Source: Candidatus Thorarchaeota archaeon (GTDB lineage: Archaea; Asgardarchaeota; Thorarchaeia; Thorarchaeales; Thorarchaeaceae). Taken from it: a stretch of DNA of 64,000 bases. Below the pieces are notes generated by a model that searched no databases, had not been told where the DNA came from, and saw only the letters and a program-made list of their open reading frames with translations. Position numbers and translations under genes: made by a program. Each line of letters opens with the position of its first letter. Position 1 is the stretch's first letter. Below are positions 49,666 to 59,371 of the stretch, one piece after another. The stretch is taken from assembly GCA_048882485.1 (NCBI GenBank), contig JBHLRP010000001.1:32001-96000 (forward strand), given 5' to 3'.

Positions 49666-51984
49666 ATGTTGCTTGGACTACCCTATTGGCTTATCCTCGT
49701 CATTCCGCTGCTTGGCTCTCTCCTCGTTCCACTTGTTGGAAAATTCAGTGAGCGCGCGAGAGACTGGACCCCTGCAATCCTCATGGGAGCCTCTATGGTT
49801 CTATGCTGGTCGCTTCTACCTGAGATTGGAAACCCGACCCAGACCACGCACTGGATGTGGATTGAGGTCTTAGGACTCGAGTTCGAGGTTCTCCTGGACC
49901 CGCTCTCAGTTGTTATGGGGGTTCTAGCCAGCACTCTGTGTTTTCTCATCTATGTCTACTCTACAGAGTACATGGCTCATGAGGGCGATCGTGACCGCTT
50001 CTTCTTCCTCATGCTGGCATTCGGCGGTGGTATGCTGACGCTAGTGCTCAGCAACAACCTTCTGATTGCATTTATCGGATGGGAGATCATGGGATTTTGC
50101 TCCTATGGTTTGATAGGATTCTGGAATGACAAGAGGAACCCTCCCGAAACCGACCCATCAGACATTCACTCCACAAACCCGCTTCTTCAATTCAAGACCG
50201 AGGGACAGTACAACACCCACTGCGGGACCAAGGCATTCGTCGTCACGAGAATCGGTGATGCATTCATGTTGGGCGGTATCCTGATTCTGTTCGTCTTCAC
50301 TGGCACCTTTTCCTTCACTGAGATGGCGGCTGATGCCCAATCATGGTGGAGCACTATGGCAGGTATCGGGATGCTTGTGCCGACATTCCTACTCATCTTC
50401 ATGGGTGCAATCGGCAAGTCCGGACAGGCTCCACTGCAGGTCTGGTTGCCGGAAGCAATGGCTGGCCCGACAAGCGTTTCGGCTCTCATTCACGCTGCGA
50501 CGATGGTCAAGGCGGGTGTCTATATCACCGCTCGATTCCTGGTCACAATGGTGTCAGCAGCCGGTGGTGAGGGCAATGGTGGTGAACATATCGCTGGACT
50601 TCAGGCAATTGGTTTTGAAGCAGCGTTGACCTTTTTCATCTTTGTAGCAATCATCGGCGGTATTACTGCTCTCATGACAGCGACCATGGGAATGGTCTCA
50701 AACGAGCTCAAGCAGATACTGGCATTCTCAACACTCAGCCAGCTTGGATACATGATGCTCTCACTAGGTGTGGGCGGCGTCCTTCAGGCTGAGGGACTTC
50801 ACTTCACTGATGCATACTTGAGCGGTGTGATGCATGTGATATCGCATGGTGCATTCAAGGCCCTTCTATTCCTTGCATCAGGAGGTGTTATACACGCCGT
50901 CCATACCAAGTTCATCACCAAGATGGGCGGTCTGAAGCAATACATGCGGAAGACCTTCATCGTGATGTGGATTGGTGTGCTTGCCCTCGCAGGTATCCCA
51001 CCGTTCTCAGGGTTCTGGTCAAAGGACTCTATCATCGAGTATGCCTATGAATTGGCGGTTGAATGGCCAAATCCGATAGGTTGGATGCTATTCTTCTTTG
51101 CTGTCTTAGCCGCAGCCTGCACGATATTCTATAGCATTCGACTCATGGGCATCACTTTCTATGGACCTTCCAAGGAGAGTCATGACCATCACGAGTCACA
51201 CAGCTCACACGAGAATGAGGATTCAGAAGAGCCTGAAGACCTACATTATGATGGCTTAGAGGAAAATGAAGAATCTCATGATAGTGACTCAGAGAAGCAA
51301 GAAGAACCACATGACAACCACTCCGAAGAGCAGCATCACTCAACTCCTCAAGATCCGGGTCCGGCAATGATGGTGCCATTATATCTACTAGCGGCCTTTA
51401 CTGTCATTGCATTCCTTGTCTTCCCGTTTGTTCAGAACATTGTACTTGAAGAGAGTCACTCTTGGGCTGAGAACTTAGCGCACATGATAGAGGTCAAGCT
51501 GACCTACCCAGGAATTGTGCCTTTCATGATAACGCTAGGCGCGCTCGCCCTCGGCGGAGTTCCTGGATACATGATGTACATCAGGGGTGCTGACTCTCCC
51601 AATACTTGGGTGCCGGAGAAGGGCTTCCGAAGGAGATTTCACAATTTCCTAAAGCATCGCTGGTACATCAATGAATTCTACTATTGGATATTGAACAAAT
51701 TCCTGAGTGCGGCAGAGCGTTATCGAGTGAATGTTGACAACAAAATCATTGATGGCATCGACTTCAAGTCTGCTGACGCAGGGAAAGGTCTAGCAACGAA
51801 GCTGAAATGGTTTGATGATAATGTGGTTGATGGCTTTGCTGAGGGGGTTTCTACTTACAGTGTTGCAGCTTCAGAGTCCAGTCAGTCTGCACAGACTGGT
51901 CGAGTCAATGACTATGTGGGAGTGATAATGTTCGGGATTGGAATTCTGGTCATAATCGTTCTATTATCTCTGGGGGTGCTCTAG
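49666..51984 (+). CDS. nuoL: Antiporter-like subunit L with extended lateral helix and His/acidic loop
   Basis: GWEIMGFCSY.LIGFW, KSGQAPLQVWLPEAMAGPTSVSALIHAATMV, GFWSKD, QTGRVNDY. Confidence 0.95.
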   Translation: MLLGLPYWLILVIPLLGSLLVPLVGKFSERARDWTPAILMGASMVLCWSLLPEIGNPTQTTHWMWIEVLGLEFEVLLDPLSVVMGVLASTLCFLIYVYSTEYMAHEGDRDRFFFLMLAFGGGMLTLVLSNNLLIAFIGWEIMGFCSYGLIGFWNDKRNPPETDPSDIHSTNPLLQFKTEGQYNTHCGTKAFVVTRIGDAFMLGGILILFVFTGTFSFTEMAADAQSWWSTMAGIGMLVPTFLLIFMGAIGKSGQAPLQVWLPEAMAGPTSVSALIHAATMVKAGVYITARFLVTMVSAAGGEGNGGEHIAGLQAIGFEAALTFFIFVAIIGGITALMTATMGMVSNELKQILAFSTLSQLGYMMLSLGVGGVLQAEGLHFTDAYLSGVMHVISHGAFKALLFLASGGVIHAVHTKFITKMGGLKQYMRKTFIVMWIGVLALAGIPPFSGFWSKDSIIEYAYELAVEWPNPIGWMLFFFAVLAAACTIFYSIRLMGITFYGPSKESHDHHESHSSHENEDSEEPEDLHYDGLEENEESHDSDSEKQEEPHDNHSEEQHHSTPQDPGPAMMVPLYLLAAFTVIAFLVFPFVQNIVLEESHSWAENLAHMIEVKLTYPGIVPFMITLGALALGGVPGYMMYIRGADSPNTWVPEKGFRRRFHNFLKHRWYINEFYYWILNKFLSAAERYRVNVDNKIIDGIDFKSADAGKGLATKLKWFDDNVVDGFAEGVSTYSVAASESSQSAQTGRVNDYVGVIMFGIGILVIIVLLSLGVL

Positions 51985-51985
51985 A

Positions 51986-53530
51986 GTGCAGCTCGGATTC
52001 ATCCAAGACCTCATCGCAATGTTGCCAATGGACAATATACTACCACTGATGCTATTTGCTCCATTAGTCGCAGCATTCTTTGCCTACATACTCGGTGCAA
52101 GAGGGGGTAGGGCTCTCACGCTCATTGTCACATTCGTTGAACTCCTGCTTTCGCTTGTCCTCATTGTAGCAATTCTGCCGAATCCAGGAGCTATGTGGTT
52201 TGAATGGTCGTTCACACTTAGCGATGTGCAATTCGGGAGCTGGAATGCTCTCCTCCAGATATACCTAGGTGTTGACGGAATATCCGTTGCCATGGTGTTT
52301 CTTTCAAACCTCGTGGTCTTCATTGCAGCACTCAGTTCAAACCATATCAAGAAATCACAGCATCTGTACTACATGTTCTTCCTGATGCTCCAGACAGGTC
52401 TGCTTGGCGTATTCATGTCATTTGATCTGATCAGCTTCTTCATCTTCTGGGAATTGGTCTTGATACCGATGTTCTTCATAATAGGAAGATGGGGCGAAGA
52501 GGGATGTGAACACGCAGCTGTCAAGTTCTTCATCTACACACATCTCGGCTCAGCTGTGATGTTGGTCTCATTCATGGCACTGTTCTTCCTAGGACCCGGT
52601 ACATTCAACATGATTGCGATCAAGGCTGCACCAATTGCAATCAACATTCAGATTGGCTTTGCACTGGCTGTCTTTCTGGGGGCTGGCGTCAAGCTTCCTG
52701 TCTTTCCATTGCACAACTGGCTTCCGTGGGCCCACGTCAAGGCGCCAACTCCTGGTTCAGTGATACTCGCTGGAATACTCTTGAAGATGGGTGGATACGG
52801 GTTCATTAGACTGGGTCTTTGGATGGTTCCGCAAGGATTTGCTCGACTCAGTATCCCATTCGCTGTCCTCGCGGTCTTCACATGCATCTATGCAGCCTTT
52901 GTGGCAATGGGTCAGACTGACGTTAAGTCAATGGTAGCCTATACATCAATCAACCACATGGCATGGGTGTTGCTTGGAGTTGCCATCGGAGGATTTGCCA
53001 TCGGAGGTGGAGCCACAGAGGGCCAACTCTTCTCAGCCAGCCTTGCAGTTCAAGGCGCAGTATTCATGATGGTATCCCATGGGATGATATCCTCTGTCAT
53101 GTTCATTCTTGCCGGCCAGCTGAAGTACTCGGCTGGAAGCAGACTGATTCCTGATGTCATGGGTCTTATGACGAAAGCTCCTAGAATGTCCGCTGTCTTT
53201 ATCCTCGCGGTCTTTGCAGCCTTTGGGTTGCCCGGAATGAGCGGATTCATTGCAGAGGCCCTTGTACTGTTTGGGTCAGTGAACATCTACATATGGTCTG
53301 GCTTCATTGCATTTGGAATCTTTGTCACGGTAGGATATCTCCTTTGGACCCTGAACCGAATTGTGTTTAGTGATCCAGACCCTGAGAAGGAGGTCACTGA
53401 AGCACCATGGAGTGATCTCATTGCACCAATCTTGATGATGATACCAGTAATCATCCTCGGGCTTTGGCCAGATCTTGTGCTCAATCTAGTGATACCGATA
53501 GTCAACGATATGATAGGGGTGATTCCATAA
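51986..53530 (+). CDS. nuoM: Antiporter-like subunit M, copy 2
   Basis: LGVDGIS, FFIFWELVLIPMFFIIGRWG, KLPVFPLHNWLPWAHVKAPTPGSVILAGILLKMGGYG. Confidence 0.93.
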   Translation: MQLGFIQDLIAMLPMDNILPLMLFAPLVAAFFAYILGARGGRALTLIVTFVELLLSLVLIVAILPNPGAMWFEWSFTLSDVQFGSWNALLQIYLGVDGISVAMVFLSNLVVFIAALSSNHIKKSQHLYYMFFLMLQTGLLGVFMSFDLISFFIFWELVLIPMFFIIGRWGEEGCEHAAVKFFIYTHLGSAVMLVSFMALFFLGPGTFNMIAIKAAPIAINIQIGFALAVFLGAGVKLPVFPLHNWLPWAHVKAPTPGSVILAGILLKMGGYGFIRLGLWMVPQGFARLSIPFAVLAVFTCIYAAFVAMGQTDVKSMVAYTSINHMAWVLLGVAIGGFAIGGGATEGQLFSASLAVQGAVFMMVSHGMISSVMFILAGQLKYSAGSRLIPDVMGLMTKAPRMSAVFILAVFAAFGLPGMSGFIAEALVLFGSVNIYIWSGFIAFGIFVTVGYLLWTLNRIVFSDPDPEKEVTEAPWSDLIAPILMMIPVIILGLWPDLVLNLVIPIVNDMIGVIP

Positions 53531-55005
53531 TGCTACAGGTTTCCACAATAATCGATGCTATCAGCGACATCTTGAGTCCCTTCTTTGCACTAGTCCCAGC
53601 GGATTGGCTAGTATCATTACCAGCTTTGACGCTCATCCTATTCGGAATCTTGGCACTCATTGTAGGAATGAGAAGAAGTCCTTTGGCAGTCAGTTTCATT
53701 GGCATTGCCCTTGCAGGCTTTGAGATGATTCTCATTGACCCGGGTTCTTCCTTTGGAGGACTATTTGTAAGAGACATGTTTGGTGATTTCTTCATCTGGA
53801 TCATTCTGGTTGTCGCATTCATAATACTGCTTTCGTCGACGACATACGGTGGAAATAAGGGTACATACAACTTTCTCCTCATGATGTCATTTGCTGGCGC
53901 AATTTGGGTCGTTATGGCAACCGATCTTGTGGCGCTGTTTTTGGCATGGGAACTCATGAGTACGCCGACATATGTGCTTGTTGCGCTAGGGCCCCACAGA
54001 GGAGCTATTGATGGAGCTACCAAGTACTTCGTCATGGGACTCCTATCGTCAACTCTCATCCTATTTGGAATCGCGATTGTTTATGGTACAACAGGTGCCA
54101 CAAGCTTTGCCGCTGTTGCTGCATTTGTTAGTGTCGTCTGGAGCGCCGCTTCTCCGTCTGCCTACGCAATGCTTCTGTCCATGGTGCTGTTCCTGATCGG
54201 TTTTGGATTCAAGGTCGGTGTGTTCCCAGGATGGATGTGGGTCCCCGACGCATATGCAACTGCTGACGGAAGCGTCACAGGATATCTGGCCGGTGCAACC
54301 AAGAAGACAGGTGTAAGTGCCCTCCTTCGGATACTACTCGTTGCATTTGTTGCAGCACAAATGGAATGGATGCCTGTCGTAGTCACTATCTCGATTCTTT
54401 CCATGATCATTGGGAATATTCTTGCACTCGCTCAGCGCAACATCATGAGAATGTTAGCCTTCTCATCCATCATGATGATGGGTCTACTCTTCGTGGGGAT
54501 TGCAGCCGGAACGGCCTTTGGAGCAGCAGCTGCGATGTTTACCGCGTTTGCCCATGCACTCATCAAGACGGGCGCGTTTATCCTGGTTTGGGCATTGGCT
54601 GTTTCCATTGGAAAAGAGGTCACATATGATGATTTGAAAGGACTCAGTACTCGTGCTCCGATTGTTGCTCTATTGATGGCAATAATGGTCTTTGCTCTAG
54701 CAGGCGCACCATTCACAGCAGGATTCTGGTTCAAGTGGTTTCTATTGCCTGGAGCTGCAGTCGATGCTGGGCTTTGGTGGTTGGCGATAATTGCTGTGCT
54801 GAACTCAGTATTTGCACTTGGCTATTACTTGAGAATCCTAAGGTATTGCTACTTCATGGAACCAACAGAAGGTACAACATTACGCATACCGACGATTCCT
54901 CTTGTTGCGGTGCTACTTGCAGTTGTGGGTACAATAATGATTGGCGTCTTTCCGGGTCTAATCCTGGACTATGCATCGTTGGCAGCTGGAGTCCTCGTCC
55001 CATAG
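53530..55005 (+). CDS. nuoN: Antiporter-like subunit N
   Basis: LAWELMS..YVL, ATKYFVMG, GFKVGVFP.WMWVPDAY, GNILALAQ.N..RMLAFSS, YYLRI. Confidence 0.92.
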   Translation: MLQVSTIIDAISDILSPFFALVPADWLVSLPALTLILFGILALIVGMRRSPLAVSFIGIALAGFEMILIDPGSSFGGLFVRDMFGDFFIWIILVVAFIILLSSTTYGGNKGTYNFLLMMSFAGAIWVVMATDLVALFLAWELMSTPTYVLVALGPHRGAIDGATKYFVMGLLSSTLILFGIAIVYGTTGATSFAAVAAFVSVVWSAASPSAYAMLLSMVLFLIGFGFKVGVFPGWMWVPDAYATADGSVTGYLAGATKKTGVSALLRILLVAFVAAQMEWMPVVVTISILSMIIGNILALAQRNIMRMLAFSSIMMMGLLFVGIAAGTAFGAAAAMFTAFAHALIKTGAFILVWALAVSIGKEVTYDDLKGLSTRAPIVALLMAIMVFALAGAPFTAGFWFKWFLLPGAAVDAGLWWLAIIAVLNSVFALGYYLRILRYCYFMEPTEGTTLRIPTIPLVAVLLAVVGTIMIGVFPGLILDYASLAAGVLVP

Positions 55006-55035
55006 TTTGGCTAGAATCTGCATCGGTTACCGTGA

Positions 55036-55204
55036 GGCAAGTGACTTTCCAAGTGGAAACTTGATGAGTTAAGTACCTTGGATGACTTTGCCATACACCC
55101 TAGTGTTCGTTACTAATCCCTGACATCTCAGATCAATTGTTGGGCGCGAGTCGCCATTGATCTAACTGGGCGAGAGATCCGGGGCCAGCCTGCTCTTTCG
55201 CCCA
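55036..55204. ncRNA. Candidate structured RNA element or bidirectional terminator region (3-4 hairpins)
   Basis: Inverted repeats at 55036-55092, 55101-55115, 55130-55163 and 55167-55204. Confidence 0.3.
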
Positions 55205-55211
55205 CCATTTC

Positions 55212-55763
55212 TCATTCAATTGGTCTGTCACTGTATTTTCTCACTGCCGAGCCAATGAGGTCAGTGAATAGGGCTTCAATATTCTCCCCTGTTTTTGCAC
55301 TGGTTTCAACATGAGTGACATCAAGCCAATCACTTAGCATTTGTCCTGCTTCAGGGGGTACCCGTCTATCCTTCAAGTCAATTTTGTTGGCCACTATTGT
55401 CACTGTAGCATTGGGATTCACTGACATGAAATTCGAATACCAATCATATACATGAAGAAACGACCTGGGATTTGTCACATCATAGACAATGAAGGCAATA
55501 CTGGCTCCAGCCATATATCGCAGCCTAAGCTCCTTGAAATCTGGTTGCCCGCCAAGGTCCCATAGAACAATCTGTACAGGCACAGTCATCTCTTCTGTCA
55601 GGGCAACTTGAAGATTCTTGACCGCTATGTTTGTCCCCATAGTTGCCTGGTACGACTCACCAAAGCTATTCTCAGTATATCGGATTATACAGCTTGTCTT
55701 ACCTGAAGCCGCGTCACCTAGGCTAACCATTTTGAACATATAACGCGGTATGCTTCTTGACAA
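55212..55763 (-). CDS. Rab/Ras-like small GTPase (Asgard-type eukaryotic signature protein)
   Basis: G1 GDAASGKT, G2 ATMG, G3 WDLGGQ, G4 NKID, G5 ETSAK; no CAAX; TTG start after ggaaggag. Confidence 0.92.
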   Translation of the reverse strand: MSRSIPRYMFKMVSLGDAASGKTSCIIRYTENSFGESYQATMGTNIAVKNLQVALTEEMTVPVQIVLWDLGGQPDFKELRLRYMAGASIAFIVYDVTNPRSFLHVYDWYSNFMSVNPNATVTIVANKIDLKDRRVPPEAGQMLSDWLDVTHVETSAKTGENIEALFTDLIGSAVRKYSDRPIE

Positions 55764-55897
55764 GCTAAACTCCTTCCCGGAATATCTCTCATTGATGACT
55801 AAGTCCAACATATAATCGCATTTCAGATATACAGATTGAAGTGACAACAAATCCGATAATCATGGTGGATCAAGAGTGCTTCTATCCCCAACAGACT

Positions 55898-57292
55898 CTA
55901 GGCACTACGAGGCAAGCTGAGAACATTGGACAATGCTTGAGCTGCTCTTTCAGGACTTGAAAAAACAGGGACACGTCCGCGTTCTAATCTGTCCTTGCCT
56001 ATAGGTGGTGTGCAGACAGGCGAATTCAGGATTGCGATGACTGTCTTTTCAGAAGTTGAGGTCTTCTTTAGAATCGAGTCAATAGGCACTCCTCCGCCAA
56101 TGTCTTCCTGATAGTTTGGTTGGAAAACTATCACCACGGCATCATATTGTGGGTCTTCCATTATCAGATTGAAAGCTCCCGCGAAAATCTCAGGGTTGGC
56201 CCAGCCCTGAGCGAGTAAGTCTACAGGATTGGTGATTCCTATTTCGACTGGCATTGCTAGCATTTGTTGAATCGTCAATGAGGTTTCTTGTGAGGGAGGA
56301 GGAAGTGATGATCCTGCGTTTTCGAGTATCTGCGCTGCTATGAGCGAGGGGCCGAGCGTATGAGTTACAATGGCCACATTTCGCCCTGTGGGACGAGTCC
56401 CGCATATTGAGAGGATTTTTGCTGTGTCTATCATTTCAGTGACAGTGTTCGCTTCAATTGCACCACTCTGTCGTGCAGCCGCGGAATATAGCTCATGCCG
56501 ACCAGCTAAACTGCCCGTGTGACTCAAAGCTGCCTTTCTTGATGTTGGAGTTTTGCCAACCTTGTACATGATGATAGGCTTGTCCATTGTCACTTGTGCC
56601 ATCTCATCGTACATTGATCTAGCGTTCTCAGTACCTTCCACAAACAAGCAGATGACCTCTGTTTCATCATCCTGCCCAAGATATCTCACCGTATCGTGGA
56701 AGTCTATGTTGACTCTATTTCCGATGCTGGCAAATTTCGATACTCCAACGCCGGTGTCAGCGGCCTCGTAGAGCATGAGGCCTGCCACGCCTCCACTTTG
56801 ACTAACAAGGGCGACACTGCCTCCCTGAACTGGTACAGGATGAGGAAAGAAAGTGGCATTCAGTGCCATACGCGGATTTCCTGCACCAAGGCAGTTCGGA
56901 CCAATGACTGCAATATGGGCTGCGTCTGCAACCTCTTTCACTTGTACCTGATGTTCTTCGCCGAGCGGACCCAGCTCCTTGAATCCAGCAGAAAAGATGA
57001 TTGCCCCTCCAACATTTGCCTCAGCACAGTCTTTGAGGGCTGGGAGCACATTCAAGGGCCCCAGAGCTATAACTGCTAAATCAATGTCCTCTCCAATATC
57101 AGTCAAACTGAAGTAGCACCTGAGCCCATTAATCTCAGAATGGCGTGGGTTTACTGGGTACTTTCTTGCGTTTGATTCTTTGAGAGCGCGAAGTGTTAGT
57201 GATCCGAGCTTGTTAGGTTGATTCGAAGCGCCGATAATTGCTATGGACTCTGGATTGAAGAGTCGGTTAAGAGAATCCACTTTCCAGCTCAA
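55898..57292 (-). CDS. acdA: Acyl-CoA synthetase (ADP-forming) alpha subunit
   Basis: LFNPESIAIIGAS, IGPNCLG, VSQSGG, SHTGSLAG (phospho-His), NPVDL. Confidence 0.9.
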   Translation of the reverse strand: MSWKVDSLNRLFNPESIAIIGASNQPNKLGSLTLRALKESNARKYPVNPRHSEINGLRCYFSLTDIGEDIDLAVIALGPLNVLPALKDCAEANVGGAIIFSAGFKELGPLGEEHQVQVKEVADAAHIAVIGPNCLGAGNPRMALNATFFPHPVPVQGGSVALVSQSGGVAGLMLYEAADTGVGVSKFASIGNRVNIDFHDTVRYLGQDDETEVICLFVEGTENARSMYDEMAQVTMDKPIIMYKVGKTPTSRKAALSHTGSLAGRHELYSAAARQSGAIEANTVTEMIDTAKILSICGTRPTGRNVAIVTHTLGPSLIAAQILENAGSSLPPPSQETSLTIQQMLAMPVEIGITNPVDLLAQGWANPEIFAGAFNLIMEDPQYDAVVIVFQPNYQEDIGGGVPIDSILKKTSTSEKTVIAILNSPVCTPPIGKDRLERGRVPVFSSPERAAQALSNVLSLPRSA

Positions 57293-58197
57293 GGCGCTTT
57301 TCCTCCGCTCTGGTCCTCTACCAGTTCGCGAATCTTGTCAAGTAAAATGAACCGTATCTCCTCTGAAGCTTGCTCATAGTCTGATAGTATCACTTTCACA
57401 ATCCCGCGTTCTTTGGCAAGCCGAGCCATATATTCTTGAATTTGGCGAGTTGCAAGAAATTCATTTTCCCTTACTTCTGCATCGGATGATACAGTCTTGA
57501 GTCCAGAAGTACTATGCTTGGCAAGGAACATAGCACGATGAGACTGTTCTTCAGGATGGACTAGAATCTCCAAGACGCCAGGGCTAATGTCTTGAAGACT
57601 GCCGGGAAGAATGTGGACGCCCTCAACCAACCCCTCAGCTCCCTCCTGCACCATTCTATCCACAGAATCACGGATAGTGGGTATAATCAATTCACATTGA
57701 GCCAAATATCCTCTGATCATTGGATCGAGTTCCTCAGGCTCCACTTTCCGATATTCATGGGCTTGGTAGGTATGACAGTGCAACTCCGGGTGTTCTTCCT
57801 TGGAATAAATGCATCTGAGTACCTGCCTGACTGTATCAGAACTAATGATTCGTGTAATTGAGAGAAAGACTATGAAGTCCAATGCTAGCATAGACTTACC
57901 AGTAGCTGATGCTCCCTCTAGTACTAATACGAGCGGAGGAATATCTCTTGTAGTTCTCCTTAATGTCTCGTATTTTGAGATCAGGTCATAATCCGCTAGA
58001 TATGATTCAGGTACATATTCTCGTGCAATTGATGCCACTGTTTCCATAGAGATGCCTGATTCAGATGCCGCAATTCTACTAGCCAGCTTCAATAGAATAT
58101 CATCTGTGTCACCATATGATAGACCAGCAGTCAAGAGCTTCCCACGTAATGGAGCCAATGGAAACGGTAGAGAATCACCGTGATAGTCAATCTTCAT
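57289..58197 (-). CDS. 2-phosphoglycerate kinase-like P-loop kinase
   Basis: VLEGASATGKS, ISSDTVRQVLR, LVEGVHILPG. Confidence 0.8.
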   Translation of the reverse strand: MKIDYHGDSLPFPLAPLRGKLLTAGLSYGDTDDILLKLASRIAASESGISMETVASIAREYVPESYLADYDLISKYETLRRTTRDIPPLVLVLEGASATGKSMLALDFIVFLSITRIISSDTVRQVLRCIYSKEEHPELHCHTYQAHEYRKVEPEELDPMIRGYLAQCELIIPTIRDSVDRMVQEGAEGLVEGVHILPGSLQDISPGVLEILVHPEEQSHRAMFLAKHSTSGLKTVSSDAEVRENEFLATRQIQEYMARLAKERGIVKVILSDYEQASEEIRFILLDKIRELVEDQSGGKAP

Positions 58198-58224
58198 GCA
58201 GACTTCTATGTGCAGATAACCGAC

Positions 58225-58728
58225 TCAAAAGCCCTTCCATGAGCAGTATCCCTTTTCCTCTCTTCCTGGAGTTCCCCTGAATGACCTACCCGTCCTCGTT
58301 CGAGGGCTTCTTCGTTGCGGCTTTTGTCCTGCGAAAGGCCTGCTCATATCAACTGATTCATTCACATTCTCAATGTGTCTTTCAGACTCCTTAAACTCAC
58401 CATCTCGACTCCGAAGAAGGCACATGCACTCGTCATATTCCCTCACGTACCCTTTTGTCAAAAGATAGGTCTGGCCCTCCTGTAGAGAATCGGTGTCCTC
58501 ATTCCAAAGTGTCATGTTGATTCTTGCGGTTGAATCGCCGGCAACGATGTCTTGAACTAGGAGCCTTCTACCCGTTTTGCTTGAGCTTATATGTCGAGTT
58601 TGACTCGTTGAAACTACTTTGAGAAGTATCGCCACCGATTTGGTGAATGGAGTTAGGTCAGCAACCGAGGTTAGTTCTAGGCTTGATTCTTCTCCACCTG
58701 AGGATTCTATCAGTGATACCATGTTCAT
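58225..58728 (-). CDS. Single OB-fold ssDNA-binding (SSB/RPA-like) protein with basic tail
   Basis: LLKVVS, VAGDSTARINMTLWNE, R/G-rich C-terminus. Confidence 0.8.
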   Translation of the reverse strand: MNMVSLIESSGGEESSLELTSVADLTPFTKSVAILLKVVSTSQTRHISSSKTGRRLLVQDIVAGDSTARINMTLWNEDTDSLQEGQTYLLTKGYVREYDECMCLLRSRDGEFKESERHIENVNESVDMSRPFAGQKPQRRSPRTRTGRSFRGTPGREEKGYCSWKGF

Positions 58729-58846
58729 TCTCCTTCCTGTATGTTGATACTCCTAAAGAACTACTACAGGAGCGGAAAATGATTCCAGAATGTCGCTACT
58801 CAACCGCAAATCCTAACCATTCATAAGTCGGTTTCGCCAAGATTAC

Positions 58847-59278
58847 ATGTTTCATTGCGAAGAGTGCAAGGATGAGATGTCAGTGACAACTACTATTCTC
58901 ATAGTTGACGATGAGCCAGGAATAGTTGACATAATGACTGAGTATCTGAGCAGATACATAGATGATTTAGAAGTCATTCCTGCACTCGATGGAGAAGCAG
59001 CTCTAAAGAAGATATCTGAACTCAAGGGCGAAGGCAGGCTTCCTCAAATGACATTGATGGATCTCAAAATGCCAGTAATGGATGGAATAAGCTGCACCAA
59101 GAAACTGACAGAACAAGGCGTTGAGAATGTGCACATCCTCACTGCTTATGTTGATCGTGAACTCATTAGCAAAGCTGTTTCCGCTGGAGCAAAGGGACTG
59201 TTGATGAAAAGCGAAGGCCTCCGCACAATTGCCATGAAAGTGGCTGAGATGATTCGAGTGATGCGCCCGTCGATATGA
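58847..59278 (+). CDS. Single-domain response regulator (receiver)
   Basis: ILIVDDE, DGEAAL, LMDLKMPVMDG, ILTA, GAKGLLMK; true start may be slightly downstream (MSVTTT). Confidence 0.92.
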   Translation: MFHCEECKDEMSVTTTILIVDDEPGIVDIMTEYLSRYIDDLEVIPALDGEAALKKISELKGEGRLPQMTLMDLKMPVMDGISCTKKLTEQGVENVHILTAYVDRELISKAVSAGAKGLLMKSEGLRTIAMKVAEMIRVMRPSI

Positions 59279-59371
59279 GGAGCTTCTTTTTTGACGATTA
59301 AGTATCCACAATCCTTTTCTGTTCTAAATCGAGTGGAAGCAAACCGCGACAGATTATGTGAGGATATCAAT

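Noticed and set aside
55212-59278. GTPase, acdA, kinase, SSB and receiver genes as part of the respiratory island
   Set aside because: Common housekeeping genes, mostly on the opposite strand, with no evidence of functional linkage
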